A DNA stretch of 64,000 nucleotides from Macrostomum lignano. Its lineage: Eukaryota. The stretch covers positions 372,001 through 436,000 of the forward strand of contig NIVC01000319.1 of the NCBI GenBank assembly GCA_002269645.1, in the 5' to 3' direction. This document shows positions 13,104 through 26,569 of the stretch, in pieces (position 1 is the first letter of the stretch; every line of letters begins with the position of its first letter). The notes beneath the pieces are model-generated. The model saw only the letters and a list, made by a program, of their open reading frames with translations. It searched no databases and was not told where the DNA came from. The position numbers and the translations under genes are program-made.

Positions 13104-13682
13104 GGAATTGCCACGAATCCCAGCACCAAGTTGTCTTATCTGCCTTAGGCCACGGGGGCTCACCTATCGCATGCGGCTGTTGAGCTAATCCTCCCAGCCC
13201 TTAATCCCCATGGAAGCGGAATAGGTATTCAGTGAGTTGCCAGGCGCCGGTTATTCCCAGCTGATTAGCTGTCCAACCGGGCGAGCAGAGCCCTCTCTGC
13301 CCACTGAAGCAGTCCACGGGGGGGGGGCTTTGCAGTTCTCAGCTGAGCTCTGGCGTGAAAGGCAAAAATCATCATTTAAGTAGAATTCGTGAAGAGGCAG
13401 CCCGTCCTCCGGACTCTCTAGCAATCGCCTGTTATTGCCTGTTAGCGACTGCGTGCTGTTCTTTGGGGATATCCGGAAAATAAATTAATAACCAGCTAAT
13501 ATAATTAGGCTTCAGGGAGTTGGGAGATAATGATGATTGGGAAATGGGAGATCTATTTTTCTGACTTAAATATCAGCAGCAGCAGCAGCACCTGAAGTTT
13601 GAAATTAAATTTTTAAAAAAGCCAATTTTCGCTAATCTCTTACCCATAAGTGCTAAAAATTAATGAGTCAGGAAGTGAAAGC

Positions 13683-13842
13683 GGCGGTAGATATGGCGGT
13701 AGATATATTGGTAGGTATGGCGGTAGATATGGCGGTAGGTATGGCGATAGATAGCAGTAGATATGGCGGTAGATATGGCGGTAGATATGGCGGTAGATAT
13801 GGCGGTAGATATGGCGGTAGATATGGCTGGTAGATATGGCTG
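13683..13842. repeat. (GGCGGTAGATAT)n 12-bp satellite
   Basis: Tandem array. Confidence 0.95.
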
Positions 13843-14167
13843 GTAGATATAACAGTACCGACAGACATGGTGACGAAAGTGGTGCAAGAAGTGGCGCCCA
13901 AACGACAAGGGAGAGCCCAGAGAATGGCGCAAGAACCTGTACGCCAAAAGTTGCTACACTGCCTGGGAGTATCTCTGCGCTCGAACTTGAACTTTAGTTT
14001 ATGACCCATTAACTGAAGTCACGATAGTACGAACTTGACGCGAACTTGAAACTTGAAGGGCGTTAAGTACGCTTGACCCCTATAAAATACACCAGGATGA
14101 GTCGAAACTGCCAGGAGGCCCGAGGCCGCCGCCAGCCCTCACTAAGCGGCTCGAGTCTGCGTCTCAC

Positions 14168-14370
14168 TTTCTACTGCGGCTGTCAGCGGCCGCCGCCTCG
14201 GCCTCTCGCTCGGCCGAGTCACCGCTGGCCGCGTAGTCCAGATAGAGGCTCCACAGCGACGCTGATACGTCCTCGAAGAAGCTGCCGCTGTCGCTGAGGG
14301 AGCCGCAGCTGCTGGCGGAGAGGCTGTGGTTCGAGGCAGACTTGCTGATGCGGCTCTTGCAGGTCGGCAT
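14168..14370 (-). CDS. Candidate alternative first Hv exon C
   Basis: tctaacATG start. Reads MPTCKSRISKSASNHSLSASSCGSLSDSGSFFEDVSASLWSLYLDYAASGDSAEREAEAAAADSRSR and ends AGA AA|GTGAGA (phase 2). The frame is also open further upstream, to 14742. Confidence 0.55.
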
Positions 14371-15417
14371 GTTAGACGCGAGCCGGGGGTTGGGGGACTC
14401 AGACGAGGAGACCGCAGATGGAGGGCGAATAAATGGCAAGGATTTCTGGGAGAACCGCTGTTTGTTATACGCGTGCCGGAGGCGAGGGGGGGTGCGGCAG
14501 AGGAAGGGAAACCCGGGGAAGGGAGATGGGGATTTTTGTCCCATCTTGGCTGGGAATGATGCTTGGAGCACAGGCCGTGAGGAGTTTGTGCGAGATTTGA
14601 GCCAGGCTGGGGCTCTCGGAGGCGCCGATGACCAATGATTGTACATCTGGCAGCCTCCGCCCCGCTCGCACGCGAGTTCTTCATTCCATAAATGCTGAGC
14701 CATCAGTGTTTGGGGATGGGGCAGCCAGTCAGAGCGTGACACCTTCCATATTCAGAATGATGGAGAGGCCGCATTGTAGTCAGTGATGGATGCCCGACAA
14801 CAGCTCCCGCCATTTTCTGCGACAGATCTCAGCAGCAGACATGAATCAAGTGCAAATTGCTGCCAATACACTTGAATTTCCATCTTACTTACTAGTAGTA
14901 GGCAGTAGAGCATTTCAACTGTAGGATTTATTAGTGAAGTAGACTGTGAAATAGGCATAACGCTAATGAATAGCGGTTTCTATATTATGAGAAACCAGTC
15001 GATGCGAAATTATTCTGGAGATTAATTAAGATGTCCGAGTTTTCCGAGCAAAATAGCTGGGGATTAAATCTCGTAATAAACTTCTCCGGATTCTGCACCC
15101 GCCTACGCGCACACAAAAAGACTTGAGCAGAAATTCTTGCCTAAGCTGAAATCCTCATTGAACAGGCGGACAGGTGATGCGCAACCGCGATGAGCTCTTC
15201 ATGAAGGAGAAAAAGAAAGTAAAAGATGAACTTCTTTTCAAGTCGGGGCAACGCGTCATGCTTGAGACAAGTGCTGCCCTCTTAATTGAGGCTGAGTCGC
15301 GTGATTTTTGAGTTACAATTTGAACTCATGGACAGCTGCATTCCAAGGGAGTCAGACTTAATTAAGAGGCAGGTGAGCCTGGTGAGGCAGGCCAGAGCAT
15401 GTAGGAGCTATGGGGAG

Positions 15418-15715
15418 ATAGGGAGATGGGGATATGGGGAGATGGGAATTGGGAATATGGGGATATGGGGAGATGGGAATATGGGAATATGGGGATATGG
15501 GGAGATGGGGAGATGGGAAGATGGGGAGATGGGAATATGGGGAGATGGGAATATGGGGAGATGGCAGATGGAAGATGGGGAGAAAGGGAGATGGGAAGAT
15601 GGGGAGATGGCAGATGGGAAGATGGAGAGATGGGGAGATGGGAAGATGGGGAGATGGCAGATGGAAGATGGGGAGAAAGGGAGATGGGAAGATGGGGAGA
15701 TGAGAGAATAGGGAT
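15418..15715. repeat. Degenerate GGAGATG/GGAAGATG-rich satellite
   Basis: Tandem degenerate repeats. Confidence 0.9.
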
Positions 15716-16524
15716 CTGGGGGATGGTAAGAAGAGGAGCTGGGAAGATGGGAATTAAGTACGTGAGAAATGCAGAGGTGCGCAGAGCACGGAGAGACAGG
15801 GCGGTGCGGAGGCGGCGGTCCGGGGGCAATTCTTGTATCTGATTAGCCGCTGGTCTGATTGACTCCGGCGGGATGCCGTGCACTGCAGCAAATGAATGGA
15901 GCGGGACGGAGGGCAAGGATGGCGGCGGCGGGGAGGGACGGAGGGCCCCTTGGGCTGCAGGAACAGAAAAGGAGATGATTTGGTGGGAGATGAGGCCCAG
16001 CTTCCCAACCCGGAAGAGCCACCCGGAGAACGGAGGCTCTGGGGGGGTCAAGCTTGGCTTCACAATGGAGTGGCTGGAGGGCCTCTCAGCTCGAATCAGC
16101 AGTCCGTTGCAACGCGGCTTGAGCTGGGGAGATGGGGCGAGAGGGGAAGGACGGGGCAGAGACTTTCACGGACTCCGCGGCTCCCCCAGTGAAAGAAAGT
16201 TCTCATAGGTTCTCATTATTTCCTAAACCAGATCGAATTGCCAGATCACAGCACGGTCACAAGAATTTGCTTTTAGAAGGAAGAGCTGAATTAGGTGGCA
16301 GCGAAGTTTGCAACTTTTTCGTAAGAATTTTTCAGGAAAATCGAGCGGCAATGGGTGTCGGATTTCCCAAGATCGATGGGCGGCGTGTGGGAGCGCTGGC
16401 TGCTTTCTCACGCCTTGAGTGAGATTACAAGCGGCTGTGGCAGCCCGCGAGCTAGAATGAGATTTGATGGCTCCCGGAAGGATCGGGACAGCTTCTGAAG
16501 AATTGGGGAGGTCAGGGTGGAGTT

Positions 16525-16975
16525 CAGGGTGGTCCCTGAAGTATTGGGCGGTCCTTGAAGGATTGGGCGGCCCCTGAAGGATTGGGCGGTCCTTGAAGGA
16601 TTGGGTGGTCCTTAAAGGATTGGGTTGTCCCTGAAGGATCGGGTTGTCCCTGAAAGATCAGGCGGACCCTGAAGGATCGGGCGGTCCCTAAAGGATAAAA
16701 CGGTCCCTGAAGGATTGGGCGGTCCTTGAAGGGTCGATGCGGTCCCTGAAGAAAATTCCCTGAAGGATCGGGCGGTCTCTGAAGGGTCGGTGCGGTCCCT
16801 GAAGAAAATTCCCTGAAGGATCGGGCGGTCTCTGAAGGGTCGGTGCGGTCCCTGAAGAAAATTCCCTGAAGGATCGGGCGGTCTCTGAAGGGTCGGTGCG
16901 GTCCCTGAAGAAAATCCCTGAAGGATCGGGCGGTCTCTGAAGGGTCGGTGCGGTCCCTGAAGAAAATTCCCTGAA
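16525..16975. repeat. ~19-bp minisatellite (ggtccctgaaggatcgggc) with higher-order units
   Basis: Tandem array. Confidence 0.92.
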
Positions 16976-17503
16976 GCCCCGTTGCCAAAAACTCCCCAAG
17001 CAGGAGCGGCTCCACTTGTCCCCTAACCGAGGCAGCAGCAGCAACAACTATCCCCCCTCCCATATCTTGCCGATATCTGCATCTGCACAAATATTAATAT
17101 TTCGTCGTTGCCAGGGGAAATTCCGGCACCCGACCTCGGCTGAGGAAAGTCACTTGAATTCCCAGTAATTTTTGCATTCATCAAAATACGCTTAGAGGCA
17201 GACAGACGGGCGATGAGGAAGTTGAGGGAATTGAGGAATTTTCTCCCACGGCCTGCCTGGCTGCCAGCAATAAATGGGAAATGAAGAGGCAGGCAGAAAA
17301 TTACGATAAAGGGACGAGTCTTCTGCTTTTTGTGGTCCAGTTGCTTAATATCTGAGTCTGTCACTCCGTTAGTTATTCGTTGTTTCCCTCCTGACCTTCC
17401 ATGACCTTCCCTGATGCCGAATGTTGACGAGTTCCGAGGATGTTTTAAATCTGAGCTACTCAACGCCCCTCAGCGCCCCTCCATTCCCAGCGGCCCTTCT
17501 CAC

Positions 17504-17802
17504 TCGTCCAGCAGCGCTTTCTCGCGCGAGTGGCTCCGCCCGGAGTCCACAGACTCGGTCCGCTCCCGGCTGGTGCCGCCGAGGCCGGAGCCGCCACCCA
17601 CCGAGGACTGGCCGCTGTCGGTGCTCGCCTGCCTGCCGCCGAGACCGCCGGCCGCCCCGCCTCCGGTTGCAGCTGCCGCGGCCTGGATGGCCCATTCGCA
17701 TTCCGTTGACCAGTCGCCGCTGCCGCCGCAGCTGCCGCCTCTGAGCAGATGCTTGGCTGCCAGGAGCTTGGCCATGGAGCTGCTCGAGTGCGGTCTTCCC
17801 AT
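17504..17802 (-). CDS. Candidate alternative first Hv exon D
   Basis: Reads MGRPHSSSSMAKLLAAKHLLRGG...SHSREKALLD and ends GAC GA|GTGAGA (phase 2); 299 nt = 99 codons + 2. GC-rich, Gly/Ser/Ala-rich like the other exons. Confidence 0.55.
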
Positions 17803-17898
17803 CAGTTGACGCAGAGCTTCAAGGCTTTTTATTGACAACCCGGGCCTCGCCCACCCGGAGATTCCCATTGGCCAACTGTCCCAGCCGTGTGTGGGAGT

Positions 17899-17902
<4 letters not shown>

Positions 17903-17964
<62 letters not shown>
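17903..17964. repeat. (GA)n microsatellite
   Basis: Perfect dinucleotide run. Confidence 0.99.
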
Positions 17965-17966
<2 letters not shown>

Positions 17967-18711
17967 CTGCTGTCCCGTGCTCATCTGTCCGCAAGCCCGG
18001 GGCATAAATATTGAAGCAACCAGCCTTCAAACTTCAGCCGGCTTGGGAATTGATAATCGAGCCGCGAAGTCCCGGTTTCCCGCGGCTTGACCCCCCCCCC
18101 CCCGCCCTGGCCTCTCTGTTCTCCTTCTCAGAAGCTGGGAGCTCGATAAGTCTCGAATCTCCGCCGCGCCTGTTGTCAAGAACTGCGAGTTTCTGCGGCT
18201 CGCGGATACAATAACAGCGGAGGGCATTATAGCAGCTCATTATGATAGCAGCTTATTACTCGAACTCAGCCCGTGGGAATTCTCGCCGAGGCAATCAGTC
18301 GGATTCGAGTTTCGGCGCCCCACCCCCTCTCTCTAAACTCCCGGCAAAAGGAGTTGTGGGAAGTCGGAGCCAGGGAAATAAGTAAGGGAAAATGAGAAGA
18401 GAAGCCCCCTGCCCCTCCTTGCCGGTCTCTTTGAGTGGCTCGAACTGCGGGACCCGCCCGGCTGTTTTTGAGGCACTCCAGCGAGAAATGAAATGTTCTC
18501 GGAGCCTCGGGGGCGGGCCGCGCGGAGGCCTCCGTGCTAAACCTCACCGGTAAGGCGGATTTTCTACTGTAGGAAATGCGTGTAATCACGGTGAGTAATG
18601 CGCCAGACCAGCTCCCCTGATGAGGATTTGTGCCGGATAATATCGCCAATCACTTCCCCTATCCTGTTTCTGCTGAAAGGCCTCACTGATCCGCCACCGA
18701 GGGCCCTGGTG

Positions 18712-19080
18712 GACCTAAACTGACCCGCCTGACCTAAACTGACCCGTCTGACCTAAACTGACCCGTCTGACCTAAACTGACCCGTCTGACCTAAACTGAC
18801 CCATCTGACCTAAACTGACCCGTCTGACCTAAACTGACCCGTCTGACCTAAACTGACCCGTCTGACCTAAACTGACCCATCTGACCTAAACTGACCCGTC
18901 TGACCTAAACTGACCCGTCTGACCTAAACTGACCCGTCTGACCTAAACTGACCCATCTGACCTAAACTGACCCATCTGACCTAAACTGACCCGTCTGACC
19001 TAAACTGACACGCCGGACATAAACTGACGCGCCTGACCTAAACTGACCGGACTGAACCTAAACTGACGAGCATGATCTAC
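18712..19080. repeat. 19-bp minisatellite (CTGACCTAAACTGACCCGT)n
   Basis: Tandem array that degenerates at the right end. Confidence 0.96.
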
Positions 19081-19886
19081 CGGTAAACTGACGAACCCGG
19101 ACTAAGCTAAGCTAAACTTTCTGACCTAATCGAGGGCTGAATTGCTATCCTGTCCCAAAGAACCTCTTGACCCAATGGCGCCTGATCCCATCAGCCTGAT
19201 CCCATGACTTCTTCCCAACAGATATTGAATCATTGCAGCTCAACAGTTAACACAAACTTACAATCGTGCATTGCTACTATTATCAGTAGTATGTTGCAGA
19301 CTCGAGCTCATCAGTTTACACCGCTTTCTCTCGGCAAAGTTTAGGCTGGCGGCACTGCCAGTGCCATCATCATCAATCTCCACCCAGCCCGATCTAACAA
19401 AGCGCGGTTGCTATAAAAAACCCGCTGTCCTGCTCAAGTCGCCTTGGCAGCGGATCTTTGAGCACGGAAAAGCGTTGCCTTGAGCAGCTCAAAGCCCTCC
19501 CGGGGCCGGGCCCGGCTCACACAATGGGCGAATTAGGTCACGCTTGAACTCAAAGAACGATGAGGCGCGGCCTTTTTCCTCCCACCGCAGCTTCCCAAGC
19601 CAGTGATAGAAAAAAACTTGTCAGATGCGGAGCGCTCAGAGCGGCCGACAAACTTCCGTCCTGACATTTTTTTCTGTTGACTTCCGCTTCCACGTGCGGC
19701 TGGCTGCGTCCAGCAGATGAAGCCGCCGACATCAGTCACCGGGAGGGTGACAGAGCTAGAGGGCAGCGCAGGCAGCAAACTTGCCGCCAAAGGCCTGGCA
19801 TTCACCCAGGCTGCAGTAACAGCTCAAGCAGCCCGTCCGCACCGATAACTCTCGTTTTGAGCAGCTCAGCTCACCAGTCAGTTTTA

Positions 19887-20348
19887 TAGAGCCTACCTGA
19901 CACTCACTGCAGAGCCTACCTGACACTCACTTCAGAGCCTACCTGACACTCACTGCAGAGAACCTACCTGACACTCACTGCAGAGCCTACCTGACACTCA
20001 CTGCAGAGCCTACCTGACACTAACTGCAGAGCCTACCTGACACTCGCTGCAGAGCCTACCTGACACTCACTGCAGAGAGCCTACCTGACACTCACTGCAG
20101 AGCCTACCTGACACTCACTGCAGAGCCTACCTGACACTCACTGCAGAGCCTACCTGACACTCGCTGCAAAGCCTACCTGACACTCACTGCAGAGCCTACC
20201 TGACACTCACTGCAGAGCCTACCTGACACTCACTGCAGAGCCTACCTGACACTCACTGCAAAGCCTACCTGACACTCGCTGCAGAGCCTACCTGACACTC
20301 GCTGCAGAGCCTACCTGACACTCACTGCAGAGCCTACCTGACACTCGC
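19887..20348. repeat. 23-bp minisatellite (GAGCCTACCTGACACTCACTGCA)n, ~20 copies
   Basis: Tandem array. Confidence 0.97.
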
Positions 20349-20820
20349 TCATTATTAGTATCTAATAAGAACTCAGAGTAACAGCAGAGCAAGAAAAAGC
20401 AATTTCACTTCATTCAGCAGCCGGTTCATTTCCCTTCCTCATCACGCTCCCGTCCCGCCTCATCAGCCCCCATTCCTGATGTTTTATTATCACATCGCCG
20501 CTGCGGGGAATGAAAGCCGATCTCATTTCACCCCGCAGTGCTCACCTAGGGCTCAATATTCCAGCTCTGCATCTCACCGCGGGCCTCAGCGCCCCCGCTT
20601 AGAGTGCATTTCGAGCTGTTTGCATTCGATTCGGCTTGGGATGCGATTTTTCTGATGTGTAGCCATCAATCAGCTGGGTGATCCCCGCTGGAGGAGTTTT
20701 CTTTTAGGGCCGCCTGTCAGTGCCGAGAGCTGGCGGGGTGAACACGGCATAAACCGGGGGGAGCTGCACTTCTCGTGACGATTGAGTTGACATTTCTGTC
20801 TATAGTACATGCTAGTCTCA

Positions 20821-21432
20821 AATCCTGAGTCCCGAATCCTGAGTCCCGAATCCTGAGTCCCGAATCCTGAGTCCCGAATCCTGAGTCCCGAATCCTGAGT
20901 CCCGAATCCTGAGTCCCGAATCCTGAGTCCCGAATCCTGAGTCCCGAATCCTGAGTCCCGAATCCTGAGTCCCGAATCCTGAGTCCCGAATCCTGAGTCC
21001 CGAATCCTGAGTCCCGAATCCTGAGTCCCGAATCCTGAGTCCCGAATCCTGAGTCCCGAATCCTGAGTCCCGAATCCTGAGTCCCGAATCCTGAGTCCCG
21101 AATCCTGAGTCCCGAATCCTGAGTCCCGAATCCTGAGTCCCGAATCCTGAGTCCCGAATCCTGAGTCCCGAATCCTGAGTCCCGAATCCTGAGTCCCGAA
21201 TCCTGAGTCCCGAATCCTGAGTCCCGAATCCTGAGTCCCGAATCCTGAGTCCCGAATCCTGAGTCCCGAATCCTGAGTCCCGAATCCTGAGTCCCGAATC
21301 CTGAGTCCCGAATCCTGAGTCCCGAATCCTGAGTCCCGAATCCTGAGTCCCGAATCCTGAGTCCCGAATCCTGAGTCCCGAATCCTGAGTCCCGAATCCT
21401 GAGTCCCGAATCCTGAGTCCCGAATCCTGAGT
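20821..21432. repeat. (AATCCTGAGTCCCG)n 14-bp perfect satellite, ~43 copies
   Basis: Perfect tandem array. Confidence 0.99.
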
Positions 21433-21997
21433 GTCAGGTTAATATAGTGTCAGGTGGATATAGTGTCAGATGGATATACATGTAGTGTCAGATAGATATA
21501 GTGTCAGATGGATAGAGTCAGCTTGTGAGCGTACGAAGGACTTTATTAGGAGCAGAGAATTTTTCCATTAAAAAAGTAAGCAGACAGAGAAATTGGGATG
21601 AGCACGATTTTGTAATTCCAGCTCCCAAAAGTGCTGCTCCAACGAGGCGCAGAAATCTCCCAGTCCCGGAGGATCAGTGCGGGCTCAGGTAGGGGATCAC
21701 TCAGCCAAAAAAACAATTCATAATTCAGTTTGCTGAGCCACCAGAAGCCACAGCTTGCGTGACGCACTTGCTGCATGTCTCAGGCCGTTTTTAGGGCCGG
21801 AGACCCCACGGACCTCTGCGGCCTCAGAACTGAATTTTAGAAGTTTGCCGCAGCTGCTGTCACCAAGGCGGGTCAATCCCATCAGTTTGGGGAGGCTTGA
21901 ATCCTTAATCCATAAAATTTCAGCGAGCGGCTGGCTCGGCGCCAGGGACTTGCCGTATCTGTCAGCCTGTCTATCATCTGATCACTACTCTAGACCG

Positions 21998-23002
21998 ACT
22001 CCTCTTCTCTCCTTCTCTCCCTTCTCTGCCTTCTCTCCCCTTCTCTCCCCTTCTCTCCCTTCTCTCCCTTCTCTCCCCTTCTCTATCCTTCTCTCCCTTC
22101 TCTCCCTTCTCTTCCCTCCTCTCCCTTCTCTCCCCTTCTCTCCCCTTCTCTATCCTTCTCTCCCTTCTCTCCCTTCTCTTCCCTCCTCTCCCTTCTCTCC
22201 CCTTCTCTCCCCTTCTCTACCCTTCTCTACCCTTCTCTTCCATTCTCGCCCTTCTCTCCCTTCTCTGCCGTTCTCTACCCTTCTCTCCCTTCTCTCCCTT
22301 CTCTCCCCTTCTCTCCCTTCTCTCCCTTCTCTCCCCTTCTCTCCCCTTCTCTCCCTTCTCTCCCCTTCTCTATCCTTCTCTCCCTCCTCTCCCTTCTCTC
22401 CCCTTCTCTCCCCTTCTCTATCCTTCTCTCCTTTCTCTCCCTTCTCTCCCCTTCTCTCCCCTTCTCTCCCCTTCTCTATCCTTCTCTCCCTTCTCTTCCT
22501 TCTCTCCCCTTCTCTCCCCTTCTCTACCCTTCTCTACCCTTCTCTCCCTTCTCTCCCCTTCTCTCCCCTTCTCTACCCTTCTCTTCCCTTCTCTCCCTTC
22601 TCTCCCCTTCTCTCCCCTTCTCTCCCTTCTCTCCCTTCTCTCCCCTTCTCTATCCTTCTCTCCCTTCTCTCCCTTCTCTTCCCTCCTCTCCCTTCTCTCC
22701 CCTTCTCTCCCCTTCTCTATCCTTCTCTCCCTTCTCTCCCTTCTCTTCCCTCCTCTCCCTTCTCTCCCTTCTCTCCCCTTCTCTCCCTTCTCTACCCTTC
22801 TCTACCCTTCTCTTCCATTCTCGCCCTTCTCTCCCTTCTCTGCCGTTCTCTACCCTTCTCTCCCTTCTCTCCCTTCTCTGCCCTTCTCTACCCTTCTCTT
22901 CCCTTCTCTTCCCTTCTCTATCCTTCTCTCCCTTCTCTCCCCTTCTCTACCCTTCTCTACCCTTCTCTACCCTTCTCTCCCCTTCTCTACCCTTCTCTCC
23001 CC
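21998..23002. repeat. CT-rich (polypyrimidine) degenerate satellite
   Basis: About 1 kb of cttctctccc-like units. Confidence 0.97.
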
Positions 23003-23484
23003 TATAGTATCCGTTCTCTTACTTGCCACTAGAAATTCTCAAATAATTGCTGGGCGAAACAGAACCCCCCCTTGTTTTCAGCTGCCAGCCGGTTTCTTGA
23101 CCGCCTGACTGATTGATTAACAACAGCTCTCGAACGGGAAGACCCCCCAGTCCTTTGCTGTCAGCTGTTTAAACGGATCGGCAATCAAGCGGAGAGAGCG
23201 GCAGGACCGGCCGGCAGTAGCGCGGCTTTTTTAATTGGACGCACTGGCCGACGCCACACTCAGCGCGCACTTTTTCGCCGACTTTCTGATTCCTGCGTCG
23301 ATCGTTTTTCTTTTACTGCTTTCGGGAAGCTCCGCAGATCAGAGAGTCTCTCGGTGGATCGATAAATTGATTTTTAATAAAACACTCGCAGTGCACACAA
23401 ATTGTTCCTTTTTGGGGCTTTTGCACTCGAGAATAACTTTTGCACCGGAAAGAATGAAATCCAATCGCAAAAAAATAAACTCAC

Positions 23485-23606
23485 TCGTCAAGCAGGCCGG
23501 AGCTGGCGGAGGCTGCGCCCGGCATCATCATCTCGCCGGAGTCGTCGCTGTCCTCGCTAGCCTGCTTTCGGACCACATCCCGGATGAGACTCTGCATGGC
23601 TGACAT
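23485..23606 (-). CDS. Candidate alternative first Hv exon E
   Basis: Reads MSAMQSLIRDVVRKQASEDSDDSGEMMMPGAASASSGLLD and ends GAC GA|GTGAGT (phase 2); 122 nt = 40 codons + 2. Same LLD(E/D) ending as exon D. Too short for the ORF track. Confidence 0.55.
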
Positions 23607-23650
23607 CCTTGAGCCTGCAGTACACACTCTTGGCTTCCAACTCGAAGTGT

Positions 23651-24318
23651 CCTCGGATCGCCCTGAAGATTTGCTTGTTTACCGGATCTGCCCTCGGCTC
23701 GCCCTGAAGATTTGCTTGTTTACCGGATCTGCCCTCGGCTCGCCCTGAAGATTTGCTTGTTTACCGGATCTGCCCTCGGATCGCCCTGAAGATTTGCTTG
23801 TTTACCGGATCTGCCCTCGGCTCGCCCTGAAGATTTGCTTGTTTACCGGATCTGCCCTCGGATCGCCCTGAAGATTTGCTTGTTTACCGGATCTGCCCTC
23901 GGCTCGCCCTGAAGATTTGCTTGTTTACCGGATCTGCCCTCGGATCGCCCTGAAGATTTGCTTGTTTACCGGATCTGCCCTCGGCTCGCCCTGAAGATTT
24001 GCTTGTTTACCGGATCTGCCCTCGGATCGCCCTGAAGATTTGCTTGTTTACCGGATCTGCCCTCGGCTCGCCCTGAAGATTTGCTTGTTTACCGGATCTG
24101 CCCTCGGATCGCCCTGAAGATTTGCTTGTTTACCGGATCTGCCCTCGGATCGCCCTGAAGATTTGCTTGTTTACCGGATCTGCCCTCGGCTCGCACTGAA
24201 GATTTGCTTGTTTACCGGATCTGCCCTCGGATCGCCCTGAAGATTTGCTTGTTTACCGGATCTGCCCTCGGCTCGCCCTGAAGATTTGCTTGTTTACCGG
24301 ATCTGCCCTCGGCTCGCA
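23651..24318. repeat. 41-bp minisatellite, ~16 copies
   Basis: Unit cctcgg(a/c)tcgccctgaagatttgcttgtttaccggatctgc. Confidence 0.98.
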
Positions 24319-25656
24319 CTATTTTTTATCTCTCTGATTTGCCGCACAAATCTCGACAGCCCCAACCCAATGCGCCGATTTGAGACTGGAGAGCTCCGAC
24401 GAGTGCCCGACTTGAGAGCAGATGAGATTAGTCCTTCAGTACAAATCAAAGCTGGCGACCAGGAACGCGTGTCGCCGGACGAACCCCTGAGGGACTCGTT
24501 AAAATAAACCAGAGCTTGGCCTTGGCCTGTTAGAGTGAGCCACGAGCGGGAGAAAAGGATGGGGAGACTGACAGAGCCGCGGAGAATGGCGAGAATTTGC
24601 ACCCACCCACCCCATGGCTGTGACGGCCTGCATCATCAACGATTGGAAGCTGGCGATTGGGGAGGCTAACGGGGCGCGTTGCCAAGCGGCCTAGCAACCA
24701 TCGTATCCTCCATTCACTGTCTGTTTTTGAGGGTGGAGACGGGGCAATGCCGACCGAAAGTAGTGATGAAGTACCCCCGCTTGACAACAGCCAGAGAGAG
24801 GCTGCTTCGACTTCTGAGAGCTCAAAGCATCGGCCAAATATGGCAAGTGAGTAGTTCGGCATTGAGCAGCCACTCTCGCACGAATTGAATTTGATGGACC
24901 GCCTGCTTCGCTGCGGCACAATGGGGCAATCATGATGAGGCCTGGCATGGGTTGGAGTGCACGCTCGATAAATTTATTAAAGACGAGTCTTTCAGGAAGT
25001 TGTCTCGCCAGCCGGTGAGGAGGTAATTTTCAGTTTTCCCTCTGCATGTTGGCTGTAGCGGTGAGCGATAGTCGATCGCACAAGCTGCACTCCGATCAAC
25101 TGCCGCGACGGTGAAATCGAGCCCGGGACCCTCTGAGTCATTTTTGCGTGGATGCCAAGTACTGACTGGATGAAACTCAAAAAATTTCCGTCACCAAACG
25201 ATTTTATTTTAATTAGATATCATTAAATCTCCGGCATCTAAATATGGATATGGATAGCAACTGCCGCGGGCGGTCAGTGAGCTCCCAACGATGGATCTGT
25301 AATAAGATCGGCCTAATTAACTTCAAAGGACGCAAATGCAAAATAACGCAAATTAGTGTTTTTGAAGCCACTGCATGGATTCTGGCACTGCCTCAGGGTA
25401 AAACTACGAGGGTCAAGAGAGCCAGCATAAATTAAAGCATTTGGCGTATTACATGCAATGGTCCGATTATAGAAGCAGCGAGTGTAATTACTATTAATCC
25501 AAAGTTACCGTTAATACGAGCATATCCCAAAGGTCAGCAATGCTGTCAAACGCTTAATTATCTTCCTTACGTGCTGTTTGCACAAGAAAACATAGGATTG
25601 TATGGCACTACTGTCAGTAAGACATTAAGCATACTGAATTTGAAAAAGTTTGAGTT

Positions 25657-26295
25657 TAAGCATCTGGGAGAGCAGCAGTCTGAGCATCTGGGAGAGCAGC
25701 AGTCTGAGCATCTGGGAGAGCAGCAGTCTGAGCATCTGGGAGAGCAGCAGTCTGAGCATCTGGGAGAGCAGCAGTCTGAGCATCTGGGAGAGCAGCAGTC
25801 TGAGCATCTGGGAGAGCAGCAGTCTGAGCATCTGGTAGAGCAATCAGCAGTCTAAGCATCTGGGAGAGCAGCAGTCTGAGCATCTGGGAGAGCAGTCAGC
25901 AGTCTGAGCATCTGGGAGAGCAGTCAGCAGTCTGAGCATCTGGGAGAGCAATCAGCAGTCTGAGCATCTGGGAGAGCAATCAGCAGTCTGAGCATCTGGG
26001 AGAGCAGCAGTCTGAGCATCTGGGAGAGCAGCAGTCTGAGCATCTGGTAGAGCAGTCAGCAGTCTGAGCATCTGGTAGAGCAGTCAGCAGTCTGAGCATC
26101 TGGGAGAGCAGCAGTCAGCATCTGGGAGAGCAGCAGTCTGAGCATCTGGGAGAGCAGCAGTCTGAGCATCTGGTAGAGCAGTCAGCAGTCTGAGCATCTG
26201 GTAGAGCAGTCAGCAGTCTGAGCATCTGGGAGAGCAGCAGTCAGCATCTGGGAGAGCAGCAGTCTGAGCATCTGGGAGAGCAGCAGTCTGAGCAG
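25657..26295. repeat. 24-bp minisatellite (GAGCATCTGGGAGAGCAGCAGTCT)n
   Basis: Tandem array with 28-bp variants. Confidence 0.97.
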
Positions 26296-26569
26296 CCGGG
26301 AGTCTTCAGTCTTCCTTTCTTCCAGTCTTCCATGCTAGTCTTCTGCTAGTCTTGCTGTGCTTCTGTCATCCGGTCTACATTTCTGAGCAAGTCTGCCACC
26401 CTGCCCCTTCTCCGCGACACTGCGTGGCGACCTGTCAGACAGGGAATGCAATCAGTGTTTTGCATGTGTTGGTTTTTGGTTTGTTGAATTATAAGGAACC
26501 ATTGCAGAACGCAACCCAGACAACGTTGGATTCTGTGAGCCTCATAAACATAGGTATCGTACTTTGACG

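Noticed and set aside
16524-17090. Phase-2 acceptor tgtgcag|A followed by ..RYRQD.., echoing the RYRHR start of the common exon
   Set aside because: The frame runs into a minisatellite with no donor or Hv similarity; a three-residue match is not significant.
19510-19667. Possible first exon MSGRKFVGRSERSASDKFF..
   Set aside because: It needs a 1-nt homopolymer correction to stay open, and the best donor would then be phase 1.
24530-24919. 129-aa minus-strand ORF upstream of exon E
   Set aside because: No recognisable homology and ambiguous GTGGGT donors; it may be 5'UTR.
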